Origin: an uncultured archaeon | GTDB taxonomy: Archaea; Asgardarchaeota; Thorarchaeia; Thorarchaeales; Thorarchaeaceae | NCBI GenBank assembly: GCA_964458565.1 | Contig: CAYWJO010000001.1 | Coordinates: 160,001 to 224,000, forward strand | Length of the DNA stretch: 64,000 bases | Reading direction: 5' to 3' | In this document: positions 1-9,674 of the stretch, in pieces | Numbering within the stretch: position 1 is the first letter of the stretch | How the letters are laid out: each line of letters begins with the position of its first letter | Notes under the pieces: generated by a model | Told to the model about the DNA's origin: nothing | The model's database searches: none | What the model saw: only the letters and a program-made list of their open reading frames with translations | Position numbers and translations under genes: made by a program

Positions 1-521
1 TAGGCTCTGATGATATCGATCCTGACTTTGTTAACGTATTGGTGAAAGCTGGTGCAGATAGAATCAGAACTTGTATTCAATGTGGAACATGTTCGAGTGT
101 ATGTCCTAGTGGAAGACGAACTGCATTTAGAACACGTGAGTTGATCCGGAAAGCACTACTTGGGCTTCGGGAGGAAGTCCTGTCAAGTCCGGACTTATGG
201 TTGTGTGTCACATGTCACACTTGTCTCGAACGGTGTCCTAGGCAAATCAAGATAACTGATGCAATCATCATTATGCGAAACATGGCTGTTCAGGAGGGAT
301 TCATGCTTCCTCAACATAGAAAGGTTTCACAGAAACTACTTGAAACAGGACACGCTGTGCCAATCGATGAGAAGAATATGGAGATGAGAAAGGAGTTAGG
401 TATTGGAGAGATTCCTCCAACTGTGCACTCTAGTGAAGATGCTCTTGATCAGGTCAAGAAAATAATGGAGATTACCGGTTTCAAGAAACTGATTGAAACT
501 GAAAGGGAGGAGAAAGAATAA
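1..521 (+). CDS. hdrC: Heterodisulfide reductase subunit C (5' end outside window)
   Basis: CIQCGTCSSVCP and CVTCHTCLERCPR 4Fe-4S motifs; frame is open back to the window edge; adjacent to hdrB. Confidence 0.9.
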   Translation, partial: GSDDIDPDFVNVLVKAGADRIRTCIQCGTCSSVCPSGRRTAFRTRELIRKALLGLREEVLSSPDLWLCVTCHTCLERCPRQIKITDAIIIMRNMAVQEGFMLPQHRKVSQKLLETGHAVPIDEKNMEMRKELGIGEIPPTVHSSEDALDQVKKIMEITGFKKLIETEREEKE

Positions 522-1417
522 TGACTGAAGCACGACACTATGCACTTTTTCTCGGTTGTGTTATGCCAAACCGCTTCCCGAACATTGAGAAGAGCCTTAG
601 AGTTGTACTTTCTAAAATTGGAATAAATCTTGTCGATCTAGAGGGGGCAAGTTGTTGTCCAGCACCAGGAGTTGTTCGTTCTTTCGACGAGCCTACTTGG
701 CTAGCTTTAGCTTCAAGAAATCTAGCTCTGGCTGAGAATATGGGTATGGATATCGTTACAGGCTGCAATGGTTGCTACGGAACATTCAAGGAAGCTCTCC
801 ATGTAGTACATGAACACCCAGAACGACTGAAAGCTGTCAAGAAAACTCTCAAAGATGTGGGGATTAAATACAAAGCAAATGTTGATGCCAAACATATTGT
901 TGAACTACTCTATGAGATTGGTCCAAGCGGCATCCAGAAATTTGTAACTCGACCCCTGGAGGGTCTGAGAATTGGAGTACATTATGGGTGTCATCTCCTA
1001 AAGCCAAGTAAATTAAGACCATGGAAACATACTGAGCGGCAGACATTTCTCGATGAATTAGTTGAAGCAACTGGTGCTGAGAGTGTCAGTTATCAAGACA
1101 AATACCTCTGTTGTGGCGCAGGAGGAGGATTACGAAGTAGCAGTGCAGATGTTAGTACGGACATAGCGAGGGAAAAACTTGACCACTTGCTAGATGCAAA
1201 AGTTGATGCAATTCTCAATGTATGTTCTTTCTGCCATCTACAATATGAAGTTTCACAGGTACAATTGAACAAGGAACTTGGTGAGAATAAGTACCAGATA
1301 CCAGTTCTGTACTATACTCAATTGTTAGGTTTAGCAATGGAAATTGATCCTGTTGAACTTGGTTTGGATAAGCATATGATAAGCACAAAACCAGTACTTG
1401 AAAAGCTTGGGCTATAA
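521..1417 (+). CDS. hdrB: Heterodisulfide reductase subunit B
   Basis: Two CCG-type domains (GC...SCCP; HYGCH...CCGAGGG...CSFC); start overlaps hdrC stop. Confidence 0.92.
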   Translation: MTEARHYALFLGCVMPNRFPNIEKSLRVVLSKIGINLVDLEGASCCPAPGVVRSFDEPTWLALASRNLALAENMGMDIVTGCNGCYGTFKEALHVVHEHPERLKAVKKTLKDVGIKYKANVDAKHIVELLYEIGPSGIQKFVTRPLEGLRIGVHYGCHLLKPSKLRPWKHTERQTFLDELVEATGAESVSYQDKYLCCGAGGGLRSSSADVSTDIAREKLDHLLDAKVDAILNVCSFCHLQYEVSQVQLNKELGENKYQIPVLYYTQLLGLAMEIDPVELGLDKHMISTKPVLEKLGL

Positions 1418-1421
1418 TGTT

Positions 1422-2432
1422 CTAAAGTTTACGTCCTGCAATATAATATACAAAAACAGCCAAAATAGCACTTCCAATTATAGCGGATGACAGGATAATT
1501 GCTAGAGCACCACTAGGCGCTGGAGTTGTGGGGGCTGTGGTTGCAGTTGTTGTTGGAGTAGTTGTGGTTGAAACAATCGTAGTAGTACTCGATGTAATAG
1601 TCGGTGACGTGATTGTAGGAGAGATGCTAGAGGTAGTGGGTTCCGAGGTTGTTTGTGTTGTTGGCGTGACTACAACACTTCCAGCTGTAAATGTACCATC
1701 AGAACGATCAAATGCTGTATAGATACCATCAGATACTCGAACCTCTATCAGATATGTAGATCGTAGAAGAAAATCAGTACTATTCCATGGAAACCATTGT
1801 TCTTCGAGATTAGTAGAGAGAAGCATGAAGCTCTTTCCACCATCAGATGAGAGAAGCACTTCGAATGTCAGAAGTTCTACGGTATTGTTATCCCATGCCT
1901 TCCAGGTAATATTGTTAATACCGGTCCATGCCTCACCACCATTGGGTGTGAGTACTGTAATTCTAGGTGTGAAAAAGTTACCAAGAAATACGTTGTATAT
2001 TCTTTCACTGAGTATTGAACCGTTTACGAGCGATGCAATCATATTGATAGTGCAGGTATGATTTGCTCCAAGAGCTCTAGTATTAATTTCCACAGACGAA
2101 TCATCAGTTTCAGCAGTAATCCAATATGGGACAGCGGTTGCATTGACAATAATTTGAGTGTGGTTGACATCTTCACCTGCAATCCAAGTCGCGTTAAGAA
2201 TTATCCTATCGCCAATGACACGATCACCATTTTTCACAATCGTTTGTGTTGAATTCCACACAGAACTAAAAGTCAGATTGAACAGGCCAGTCCCGGAAAC
2301 AACTGTGGAATCACCGGGCGGATGGAATACCTCTGGTTTTGATATATTGTCAAACGAAGTGATAGGAATAGCAGAAATGCCTAGAAGAAGAATTGTCAAT
2401 ATGAATAGGTATGATTTTTGGATGTACTTCAT
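1422..2432 (-). CDS. Secreted, membrane-anchored protein with Ig-like region and Thr/Ser/Pro-rich linker
   Basis: Signal peptide after MKYIQK (start refined to 2432), PNGGE motif, T/S-rich stalk, C-terminal TM helix plus basic tail. Confidence 0.7.
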   Translation of the reverse strand: MKYIQKSYLFILTILLLGISAIPITSFDNISKPEVFHPPGDSTVVSGTGLFNLTFSSVWNSTQTIVKNGDRVIGDRIILNATWIAGEDVNHTQIIVNATAVPYWITAETDDSSVEINTRALGANHTCTINMIASLVNGSILSERIYNVFLGNFFTPRITVLTPNGGEAWTGINNITWKAWDNNTVELLTFEVLLSSDGGKSFMLLSTNLEEQWFPWNSTDFLLRSTYLIEVRVSDGIYTAFDRSDGTFTAGSVVVTPTTQTTSEPTTSSISPTITSPTITSSTTTIVSTTTTPTTTATTAPTTPAPSGALAIILSSAIIGSAILAVFVYYIAGRKL

Positions 2433-2518
2433 TCCTAAACCTCTGCGATGCAACCGAGCCAGATATTTATCGTCGGATATTATTACTCGACTTCTATTGA
2501 TAGTTCTATTTCTAGAAC

Positions 2519-2983
2519 CTAGTCTGTATCTTCCGGAAATGGTTGTTGCCTCCATGTTGTAAAAGCCTCATACCAAAATATCATACATACTGAAGCAAGT
2601 AGGCCAAGGACAAACCCTGAATACCAATCAAAGTATTGCCAAAGGATTGTTCCCAGAGCAGCTGTTAGTGATGTGTAAAAGGTCGCATAGAATAGGAACC
2701 TAGGAACCATAAGTCGTCCGCTACCAATAAACTGCCGCAGGATTCCAACTCTAACATCACGAATTACGGTATACTGACCATGAACATTCTTGTCTACCAG
2801 ACCAAAGTCTCGTAGACGCTCCAAATGATGCATTGAAAGGGATGGGCTTGATAGATCAGCTCCTCTTTGAATTTCACGTGCTGTAAGCGGTTCGGGATGA
2901 CGGAGCATGTACCAATAAACACGTAGAGTCCTACCCTTGAGAGAAGCTGCTAGCTCATCCTCAGTCATCTCATCATGGGTCAA
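2519..2983 (-). CDS. Winged-helix (ArsR-like) regulator with two C-terminal TM helices
   Basis: N-terminal wHTH (AREIQRGADLSSPSLSMHHLERL..GLV); two hydrophobic helices. Confidence 0.7.
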   Translation of the reverse strand: MTHDEMTEDELAASLKGRTLRVYWYMLRHPEPLTAREIQRGADLSSPSLSMHHLERLRDFGLVDKNVHGQYTVIRDVRVGILRQFIGSGRLMVPRFLFYATFYTSLTAALGTILWQYFDWYSGFVLGLLASVCMIFWYEAFTTWRQQPFPEDTD

Positions 2984-3192
2984 GACTTATCACCGCTCAT
3001 TGCACTACATTGAAGATTATGTAAATCATTCTCTTAACTTTGGTCATTATCGAATTCCAAGAATGTCCACATAAGTAAGGCTCTTATAGCTCATCGCGCC
3101 GCGATTGTTTCAACGGGTTATGCAATCTCAAGATTGCCCTCCTAAGAGTATGGTGAACTGACTGTCACAGATAAGGAAGAGGAACATAACCG

Positions 3193-3534
3193 ATGTCAAC
3201 TGTTCGTAAGCCAATTACACCAAAACCTCCCCGGACAAGACAGAAGGTCTTGGTCATTCTTCAAGAACAATGTAAACAGTGCAGTCTCTGTGTTGAATTT
3301 TGCCCAAAGAAAGTCCTTTGTTTCGATACTTCAAAGTACAATCGAAAAGGGTATCATCCAGTTACAGCATGCGATATTGACGCGTGCGTAAATTGTGAGT
3401 TCTGTGAACGAATCTGCCCTGATATGGCCATTTTCTTAGCCGACAGGGAGGAAGCTCGAGTAGCTTATGAGAAGGGTGCGATTGAGGAAGGTACACTCAT
3501 TCCTGAATTTGAAGAGGAAACCAAGGAGGAATGA
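3193..3534 (+). CDS. korD: 2-oxoacid:ferredoxin oxidoreductase delta subunit (2x4Fe-4S)
   Basis: CKQCSLCVEFCP and CVNCEFCERICP; first gene of the operon. Confidence 0.85.
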   Translation: MSTVRKPITPKPPRTRQKVLVILQEQCKQCSLCVEFCPKKVLCFDTSKYNRKGYHPVTACDIDACVNCEFCERICPDMAIFLADREEARVAYEKGAIEEGTLIPEFEEETKEE

Positions 3535-4676
3535 AATCGATGCCTGAACGTGTTATGTTTACAATGGGAGACATCGCTTGTGCAGAAGGAGCTTTGAGTG
3601 CAGGATGCAGATACTTCGGAGGGTATCCAATCACACCAGCTACAGAGATTGCTGAATGGATGGCACTCAGAATGCCAGAGCTGGGAGGCGCATATGTTCA
3701 ATATGAAGACGAGATTGCATCCATAACAAGTGTCATTGGTGCATCTTGGACTGGTACAAAATCTATGACAGCTACTTCGGGACCTGGAGTCAGCTTAATG
3801 TTAGAAGCAATCGGACTTGCTGTTATGACAGAGACCCCATTAGTTCTTGTCAATATCATGCGCGGTGGACCCAGTACTGGACAGCCAACCAGGGGTCAAC
3901 AAGGTGATGTCATGCAACCGAAGTGGGGTAGTCACGGAGATTATCAAATAATCGCCTTAACTCCTGCGTCAGTTCAGGAAATGTTCGATCAGACTGTCAA
4001 AGCATTCAATCTCGCTGAGAGATATCGTACGCCTGTTTTCATTCTTGCAGATGAAACTGTTGGACATATGAGAGAGAAATTAGTCATACCAGATGGAAAG
4101 GATCTCAATCTGGTATATCGAAAGCTTCCTACTGTTGATCCTTCAGAGTATCTTCCCTTCAAGCCAGATGAGGACTTGGTTCCTCCAATGGCTCTTCTTG
4201 GCTCTGAGTATCAATTTTATGCAACAGGATTAACTCATGATGAACAAGGGTATCCAAGTGACAAGGAAAAGGTTCAGATAGACCTTATCACAAGACTCAA
4301 TGATAAAATCATCAAAAACTCTGACAAGATTATCGATATCGAGAAATTCATGCTTGATGATGCAGATATTGCAGTTATAGCATATGGTACACCTTCTCGA
4401 AGTGCTAGGAAAGCAATCAAAGATGCTAGAGAAGAGGGAATCAAAGCTGGAATGCTCAGGTTCAAGACCGTTTGGCCGTTCCCAGAGAAGGAAGTTCAAG
4501 AACTTGCCGCAGAGGTCAAACATATTATCGTTGCTGAACAAAACTTGGGACAGTTGTATTACATGGTGAAAGCAGAAGCAGCCCCAACACCTGTACATTT
4601 GATGACAAAACCTGCAGGAATGCCTCAACTACCACATGAGATACTTAGCAAAATCAAGGAGGTCAAATCGTTATGA
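3531..4676 (+). CDS. korA: 2-oxoacid:ferredoxin oxidoreductase alpha subunit
   Basis: GYPITPATE, TATSGPG, RGGPSTG motifs. Confidence 0.92.
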   Translation: MKSMPERVMFTMGDIACAEGALSAGCRYFGGYPITPATEIAEWMALRMPELGGAYVQYEDEIASITSVIGASWTGTKSMTATSGPGVSLMLEAIGLAVMTETPLVLVNIMRGGPSTGQPTRGQQGDVMQPKWGSHGDYQIIALTPASVQEMFDQTVKAFNLAERYRTPVFILADETVGHMREKLVIPDGKDLNLVYRKLPTVDPSEYLPFKPDEDLVPPMALLGSEYQFYATGLTHDEQGYPSDKEKVQIDLITRLNDKIIKNSDKIIDIEKFMLDDADIAVIAYGTPSRSARKAIKDAREEGIKAGMLRFKTVWPFPEKEVQELAAEVKHIIVAEQNLGQLYYMVKAEAAPTPVHLMTKPAGMPQLPHEILSKIKEVKSL

Positions 4677-5518
4677 CTGAAACAGTACCAATCTTAAAAC
4701 ACCCAATGGCGAAGTACATTCGAGAAGATCGTCAACCTTGGATATATTGCAGCGGTTGCTCTATAGGTATTGTGTCACAGATGTTAGCAAGAGCTATTGA
4801 TAACCTAGGCATAGATTTTCACAAAGTTGTCGTTGTAAGTGGCATAGGATGCACAGGAAGAACTTCGGGTTATTTCAAAACAGGCACCTACCACACAACT
4901 CATGGGAGAGCAATCGCATTTGCGGAGGGTGTGAAAATTGCTAATCCCGAACTTGAGGTGATTGTAGTCAGCGGGGATGGAGATATTGCGGCGATTGGAG
5001 GAAACCATCTCATTCATGCTTGCAGAAGGAATATCGATATCACAGTCATATGCATCAATAATATGAACTACGGTATGACAGGTGGTCAGTTTGGACCTAC
5101 TACTGAGCACGAGAAAATTTCACAGACTAGTCCAGGTCCAATTGGAAACCTTGAGCATCCGTTTAATTTAGTTCAACTCACAGCAAGCTCAGGTGCAACA
5201 TTCGTTGCAAGATGGACTGCAGTACAAGCAAGAAGAGCAACAAAGTCGATTGAGAAGGGAATTAACAAGAAAGGATTCTCATTCATTGAGATAGTAGGAG
5301 CTTGCCCAACGGCTTACGGTAGAATGAATAGGTTGGGGGACGGTGTCCAAATGCACCAGCATCTCATCGATGTTGCAGAGATTCAGAACGGACTCGAGCC
5401 ACACCTTGCAGAGATTGACTACGACAATAGAATTGTCTGTGGTGAATTTGTGGAGATAGAAAAGCCCGAGTATACTGCAGTTTTACGAGCAGCCCAAGAG
5501 AAATTCAAGAAGAAGTGA
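4673..5518 (+). CDS. korB: 2-oxoacid:ferredoxin oxidoreductase beta subunit
   Basis: CSGC, SGIGC, HGRA, GDGD...NN..YGMTGGQ TPP-binding motif. Confidence 0.92.
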   Translation: MTETVPILKHPMAKYIREDRQPWIYCSGCSIGIVSQMLARAIDNLGIDFHKVVVVSGIGCTGRTSGYFKTGTYHTTHGRAIAFAEGVKIANPELEVIVVSGDGDIAAIGGNHLIHACRRNIDITVICINNMNYGMTGGQFGPTTEHEKISQTSPGPIGNLEHPFNLVQLTASSGATFVARWTAVQARRATKSIEKGINKKGFSFIEIVGACPTAYGRMNRLGDGVQMHQHLIDVAEIQNGLEPHLAEIDYDNRIVCGEFVEIEKPEYTAVLRAAQEKFKKK

Positions 5519-5523
5519 GTTGC

Positions 5524-6081
5524 ATGAGTCGTTACGAAGTGAGGATTGGTGGATTTGGTGGGCAGGGTGTCGTTACTATGGCAGTAGTTCTTGGAGAGAC
5601 CCTATCACTAATAGACAAGAAGTTCGTAGTACAGACTCAGAGCTATGGTCCTGAAGCCCGAGGGGGAGCAAGTAAAAGCGAGATAGTCATTAGTGATGAG
5701 GAGATAGATTATCCTAAGGTACAAGCACCAGATGTGTTCATCGCATTGAGTAGAGCGGCATATTTAGAGTATATCGACGGGCTGAAAGAAGATGGAATTT
5801 TAATTGTCGATGAGGATCTAGTAGATATAGAAGGCGATCTTCCTGATAAACTGAAAATCTACAAGGTACCTGCAACGCGAATTGCAAATGAGGATATAGG
5901 TAATAGACAAGCAACCAATGTTGTCATGCTTGGTGTATTCTGTGCGATAACAGGTATGGTATCGGTAGAAGGGCTTAAACAGCAAATTGAGGAACGGTGG
6001 CCAAGATTCAAGGATTCCAATTTGAAGGCAATTGAGCTGGGTCTAAAGGCAGGTAAAGAAGCGGTTCTGGTTCATGCGTAG
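5524..6081 (+). CDS. korC: 2-oxoacid:ferredoxin oxidoreductase gamma subunit
   Basis: GFGGQG, YGPEARGG, NVVMLG motifs. Confidence 0.9.
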   Translation: MSRYEVRIGGFGGQGVVTMAVVLGETLSLIDKKFVVQTQSYGPEARGGASKSEIVISDEEIDYPKVQAPDVFIALSRAAYLEYIDGLKEDGILIVDEDLVDIEGDLPDKLKIYKVPATRIANEDIGNRQATNVVMLGVFCAITGMVSVEGLKQQIEERWPRFKDSNLKAIELGLKAGKEAVLVHA

Positions 6082-6213
6082 TCAGTAGTTCATTGGATAG
6101 AACTGGAGGTCCTTCATTAGTAAAATCTCCGCATGTAGAATTATACAAAGGAGACAGAATACTACAAGAGTTATAGAGAAACGATTTACGATAGAGTTGT
6201 ATAGTATTATAGA

Positions 6214-7011
6214 CTATTCAAACGCCAAGAGAGCAGCGCCTAAGGCACCTGTGAATTGTGGATCTTTTGGCATCCAAAGTGTACATTCAATTTGCTTTGA
6301 GAGATAATGACGAAAAGCGGGATTTAATGATACTCCACCCGTCACTCCTACAGGAGGCTCTATCTTTACTTGTTTTGCTAATGATCTTACTTTTGACGCC
6401 ATTGCTAGATGAACACCTGCCGCTATATCTTCAGGAGCATCACCAGACCCAATACGTCCAATTACCTCACTCTCAGCAAATACAGTACAGGTACTGCTGA
6501 TTTGACTAGGGTTTTTAGATTTTAGAGCAAGTGGTCCTAACTCGTCTAATGATACATCAAGAACTCTGGCCATGACTTCAAGAAATCGACCGGTACCAGC
6601 ACTGCATTTATCATTAAGCTGGAAATCTTCAGGACGCCCATTCTTCCCTATTCGAATAGCCTTGGAGTCTTGTCCGCCCACATCAATAAGTAAGCGAATG
6701 TTTGGATTCAGATGATGTACACCAATACTATGACAAGTAATCTCAGTAACATTGCGCATGGCAAAATCAACGCTCGCTCGGCCATAACCTGTAGCAATAA
6801 CCGTACATTGTTCTCTTGACACACCTGCTGCATCACATAATCTTTCCATGATGCTATTTGCTGAAGCAGATACAGATGCACCTGTATTCTGTAGATATTT
6901 GGTTAACACAGTTTTGTCAGGATTTAACAGCACTCCCTTTGCAGTTGTAGAACCGATATCTAGTCCAACAGGAATAGCAGGAAGCTCGGCCAAAATACTA
7001 ACCTCAGACAA
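6214..7011 (-). CDS. 2-hydroxyacyl-CoA dehydratase activator (HgdC/BadF ATPase)
   Basis: GLDIGST, TGYGR, EITCH, DVGGQDSK, NDKCSAGTG, STCTVFAESE. Confidence 0.92.
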   Translation of the reverse strand: MSEVSILAELPAIPVGLDIGSTTAKGVLLNPDKTVLTKYLQNTGASVSASANSIMERLCDAAGVSREQCTVIATGYGRASVDFAMRNVTEITCHSIGVHHLNPNIRLLIDVGGQDSKAIRIGKNGRPEDFQLNDKCSAGTGRFLEVMARVLDVSLDELGPLALKSKNPSQISSTCTVFAESEVIGRIGSGDAPEDIAAGVHLAMASKVRSLAKQVKIEPPVGVTGGVSLNPAFRHYLSKQIECTLWMPKDPQFTGALGAALLAFE

Positions 7012-8230
7012 ACATCTCTAATAGTGCATCAACGCGAGTCTGAATCTGTGCTTCATTGAACAGTCTACTGTCCACCATATCACCCTCGATGATTACTCCA
7101 GGTACTCCCGTTCTTTCTGTGACAATTTCTTTGGATGCCATCTGACCGAGGGAGTATCTCTTACAGGATCTCACAGAAAACATGATGAAGCCATCAAGAT
7201 CATAATCCTTAATCAGTTGACACATCTTGTCAATCTTGGCGTTAAGCCCCTTGTTGAGGTATACATTTGAATACATACCTACCATCTCATCCAGAATGGA
7301 GCTTACATCTACACCTTCTATTGCGCCAGACCATGCATGCGTATATGTATCCGCAGGAAAACTAACACCTCTGGCAGCAAGTTGGTTGAAGAAACGTAAA
7401 ATGAACCATGGAGGAATATTGTCCCATAATAGACGTATCTTCTCATCTCCGACTGCACCGATATTCTGTTTGACCCGGTCTTCCACCTCTGCAAATAGCA
7501 TCTCATAGAACTCAACACAATGTTCAGTTCCTCGACTGGACACGACTGGAGCCATTGTCAAGAATCGATCTGCACAGTTCAAAGGACTCGGTTTATTCTT
7601 ACATGCCTCAAGGGAATTGGTCCATAGATTAATTGCATTACTAGAGAGGTCAGCAACATTGCGGAATTTATCATCCTCAAGAGTCGTGTTGAATGTACTT
7701 GATAGAAATCCAACCAATTCGTTCAAACCATTTCTCACGTAAGCACGATGATGAGGAAGTTGTTCACCTTCAACCGGAGGTGTATCTAACAAGAAAACAG
7801 GTGCTCCAGTCATTTCGGATATTGCATCATACCATCGAAGCACTGTTCCACAGATATTGTTACATGCAAGAAGAGCTTGAGGAGGTGGGAGTGATCCCAT
7901 AGGGACATCATCAGGTCGTTGTGTAGAACCTATACTTGCACGTGCGTACGAGCAGAGTTCCTGTGAATAACCTAAGTCCTCGGCATAACCACAGACTTCA
8001 GGGCCTATCTTTTGTGCACCAATAATTGCACCGGCCTGTTCTGGATACACAACTCCAACGTCCATAGCTATGGGTATCTCCACCGGAAAACCAGAAGTGA
8101 CCCAAGTTAGACGCCCATTTTCACTAGCCTCAAGCGCTTCAAATCCTTGACGAAAAGCTATCTGTTGCAGAAATGCTTGTGTTTCCAGTTTTCTGTATGG
8201 TTTTTCGGTTTTTTCTCTCTCTTCGGTCAT
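7004..8230 (-). CDS. 2-hydroxyacyl-CoA dehydratase subunit (HgdA/FldB/BcrB family)
   Basis: ELCSYAR, NNICGT, RSCK, IEGDMVD motifs; adjacent to activator. Confidence 0.85.
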   Translation of the reverse strand: MTEEREKTEKPYRKLETQAFLQQIAFRQGFEALEASENGRLTWVTSGFPVEIPIAMDVGVVYPEQAGAIIGAQKIGPEVCGYAEDLGYSQELCSYARASIGSTQRPDDVPMGSLPPPQALLACNNICGTVLRWYDAISEMTGAPVFLLDTPPVEGEQLPHHRAYVRNGLNELVGFLSSTFNTTLEDDKFRNVADLSSNAINLWTNSLEACKNKPSPLNCADRFLTMAPVVSSRGTEHCVEFYEMLFAEVEDRVKQNIGAVGDEKIRLLWDNIPPWFILRFFNQLAARGVSFPADTYTHAWSGAIEGVDVSSILDEMVGMYSNVYLNKGLNAKIDKMCQLIKDYDLDGFIMFSVRSCKRYSLGQMASKEIVTERTGVPGVIIEGDMVDSRLFNEAQIQTRVDALLEMFV

Positions 8231-8240
8231 TTCAACACCT

Positions 8241-9431
8241 CTACTCTGACTCAAGTTGTTCGAGGAAACTCTGAATTCTTACACCAAGCCTTGATAGATC
8301 TGAGAGTTCGGGATCTATTGGTAGACGTACAATAGGGAGATTCATCTCTGAAACCGCCTTCTCTAACGAAGGTGTTTCGAATTCATCTGGATCACAGAAT
8401 GACTGCTCACATACTATCAGCCCGTGAATATTGAGATTCGAAATCAGATCTTTTAGGTAAGTTACTCTATTTCGAAGTCCCTCCTGCGTTGGTTCTCCAG
8501 GGGATGCTAAAATTGATTGTGCCATTGCACTGAAGGGGTCACTCCCATCAGGTGGTGGTGTGAATACAGTCTTGAATCCAAATGATAGAATATCGAGCAC
8601 AATTACAGAGTCAGATGTCTTGGGAAGGATTTCAATAATTTTTGCTATAGCCTCAGGTTCTGTCATACCACCAAGGACAGCAATACGAGGACGAGGTAGA
8701 TTAGGAGGCAACTTGATATCTTGAAATTGGTGAGTTAGGATACCTTTTCTAATCCGTTCAATGTCTTCTCTGAAACCACTCTCATCCACAACCTGTTTTG
8801 CAGCTGTTCTTACACGCTCAAGTGCTCCATCTCCGGGTGCTGATAGAAAACCCCGCACAAGTGATGCTAATGAAGAGTAAGTGATGATATCAGGAACAAG
8901 AAGACGGACAATATAGAGAGTCTGAGCGGCCTCACGAAAACTTTGCATGAAATCAACAGCTTTACTATACTCATCATCAAAAAAAGGCTGGCCTAGTTCA
9001 TTTGATAGCTTCTCACTAAGTAACCTGAGCTCTTCGGCTAAGAATCTGATAGAAGCCTCACTCGTATCCGCAACCGGGTATGTTAATCGAAATACATTAT
9101 CTTCAGGAAACCTGACACGCCAAACATCACCTAAGTTCTGAAGTGAATCACACGTATTTCCGGGAAAAATAAAACCTGACACTTCGGGTAATTGATTCAT
9201 TTCACGTTGGCTATACATATTACGTATTAGTGAACAAGCAAAGGTCTGAAGAGATGTTTCGTATGCGCCACCAATGTTTGAATCAGTTCTAAGTAGAGTA
9301 GGAATGAACCCATGCGCAAGAATAAGTTCGTAAGGAGCATGAGGATAAAAAATACCAATAGCTAATCGACCAGATTCAACCATCTCACCAAGTTCAACCT
9401 TAGACTGCTCAATTACTTCATCAAATGTCAA
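8241..9431 (-). CDS. 2-hydroxyacyl-CoA dehydratase subunit (HgdB/BcrC family)
   Basis: LQTFACS, TCDSLQ, SFCDPDEFE motifs. Confidence 0.82.
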   Translation of the reverse strand: MTFDEVIEQSKVELGEMVESGRLAIGIFYPHAPYELILAHGFIPTLLRTDSNIGGAYETSLQTFACSLIRNMYSQREMNQLPEVSGFIFPGNTCDSLQNLGDVWRVRFPEDNVFRLTYPVADTSEASIRFLAEELRLLSEKLSNELGQPFFDDEYSKAVDFMQSFREAAQTLYIVRLLVPDIITYSSLASLVRGFLSAPGDGALERVRTAAKQVVDESGFREDIERIRKGILTHQFQDIKLPPNLPRPRIAVLGGMTEPEAIAKIIEILPKTSDSVIVLDILSFGFKTVFTPPPDGSDPFSAMAQSILASPGEPTQEGLRNRVTYLKDLISNLNIHGLIVCEQSFCDPDEFETPSLEKAVSEMNLPIVRLPIDPELSDLSRLGVRIQSFLEQLESE

Positions 9432-9674
9432 TGTGGTATGCCTCTTGAGAAAATGTGATTCGCCCTGATGACTATTTAATTTGATAGCGTTAGAGAGGTC
9501 TTATTTGTTGTGTTCGAAAGAATTAAAGTAAAAATATCGTTGAATCCATACAATTTTTCAATTTCACTACCCGTAGAAGGCTATATCAGTAAGAAATCAT
9601 CAATATATCAGAAGATTTGTGGTCATTTCATTCGAGAAAAGACCATGATTAAAATATAAGAGGAAGAGAGAAAA

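Noticed and set aside
1520-1680. Repeat array or CRISPR
   Set aside because: Low-complexity Thr/Ser/Pro codons of a protein linker; no regular repeat-spacer structure.
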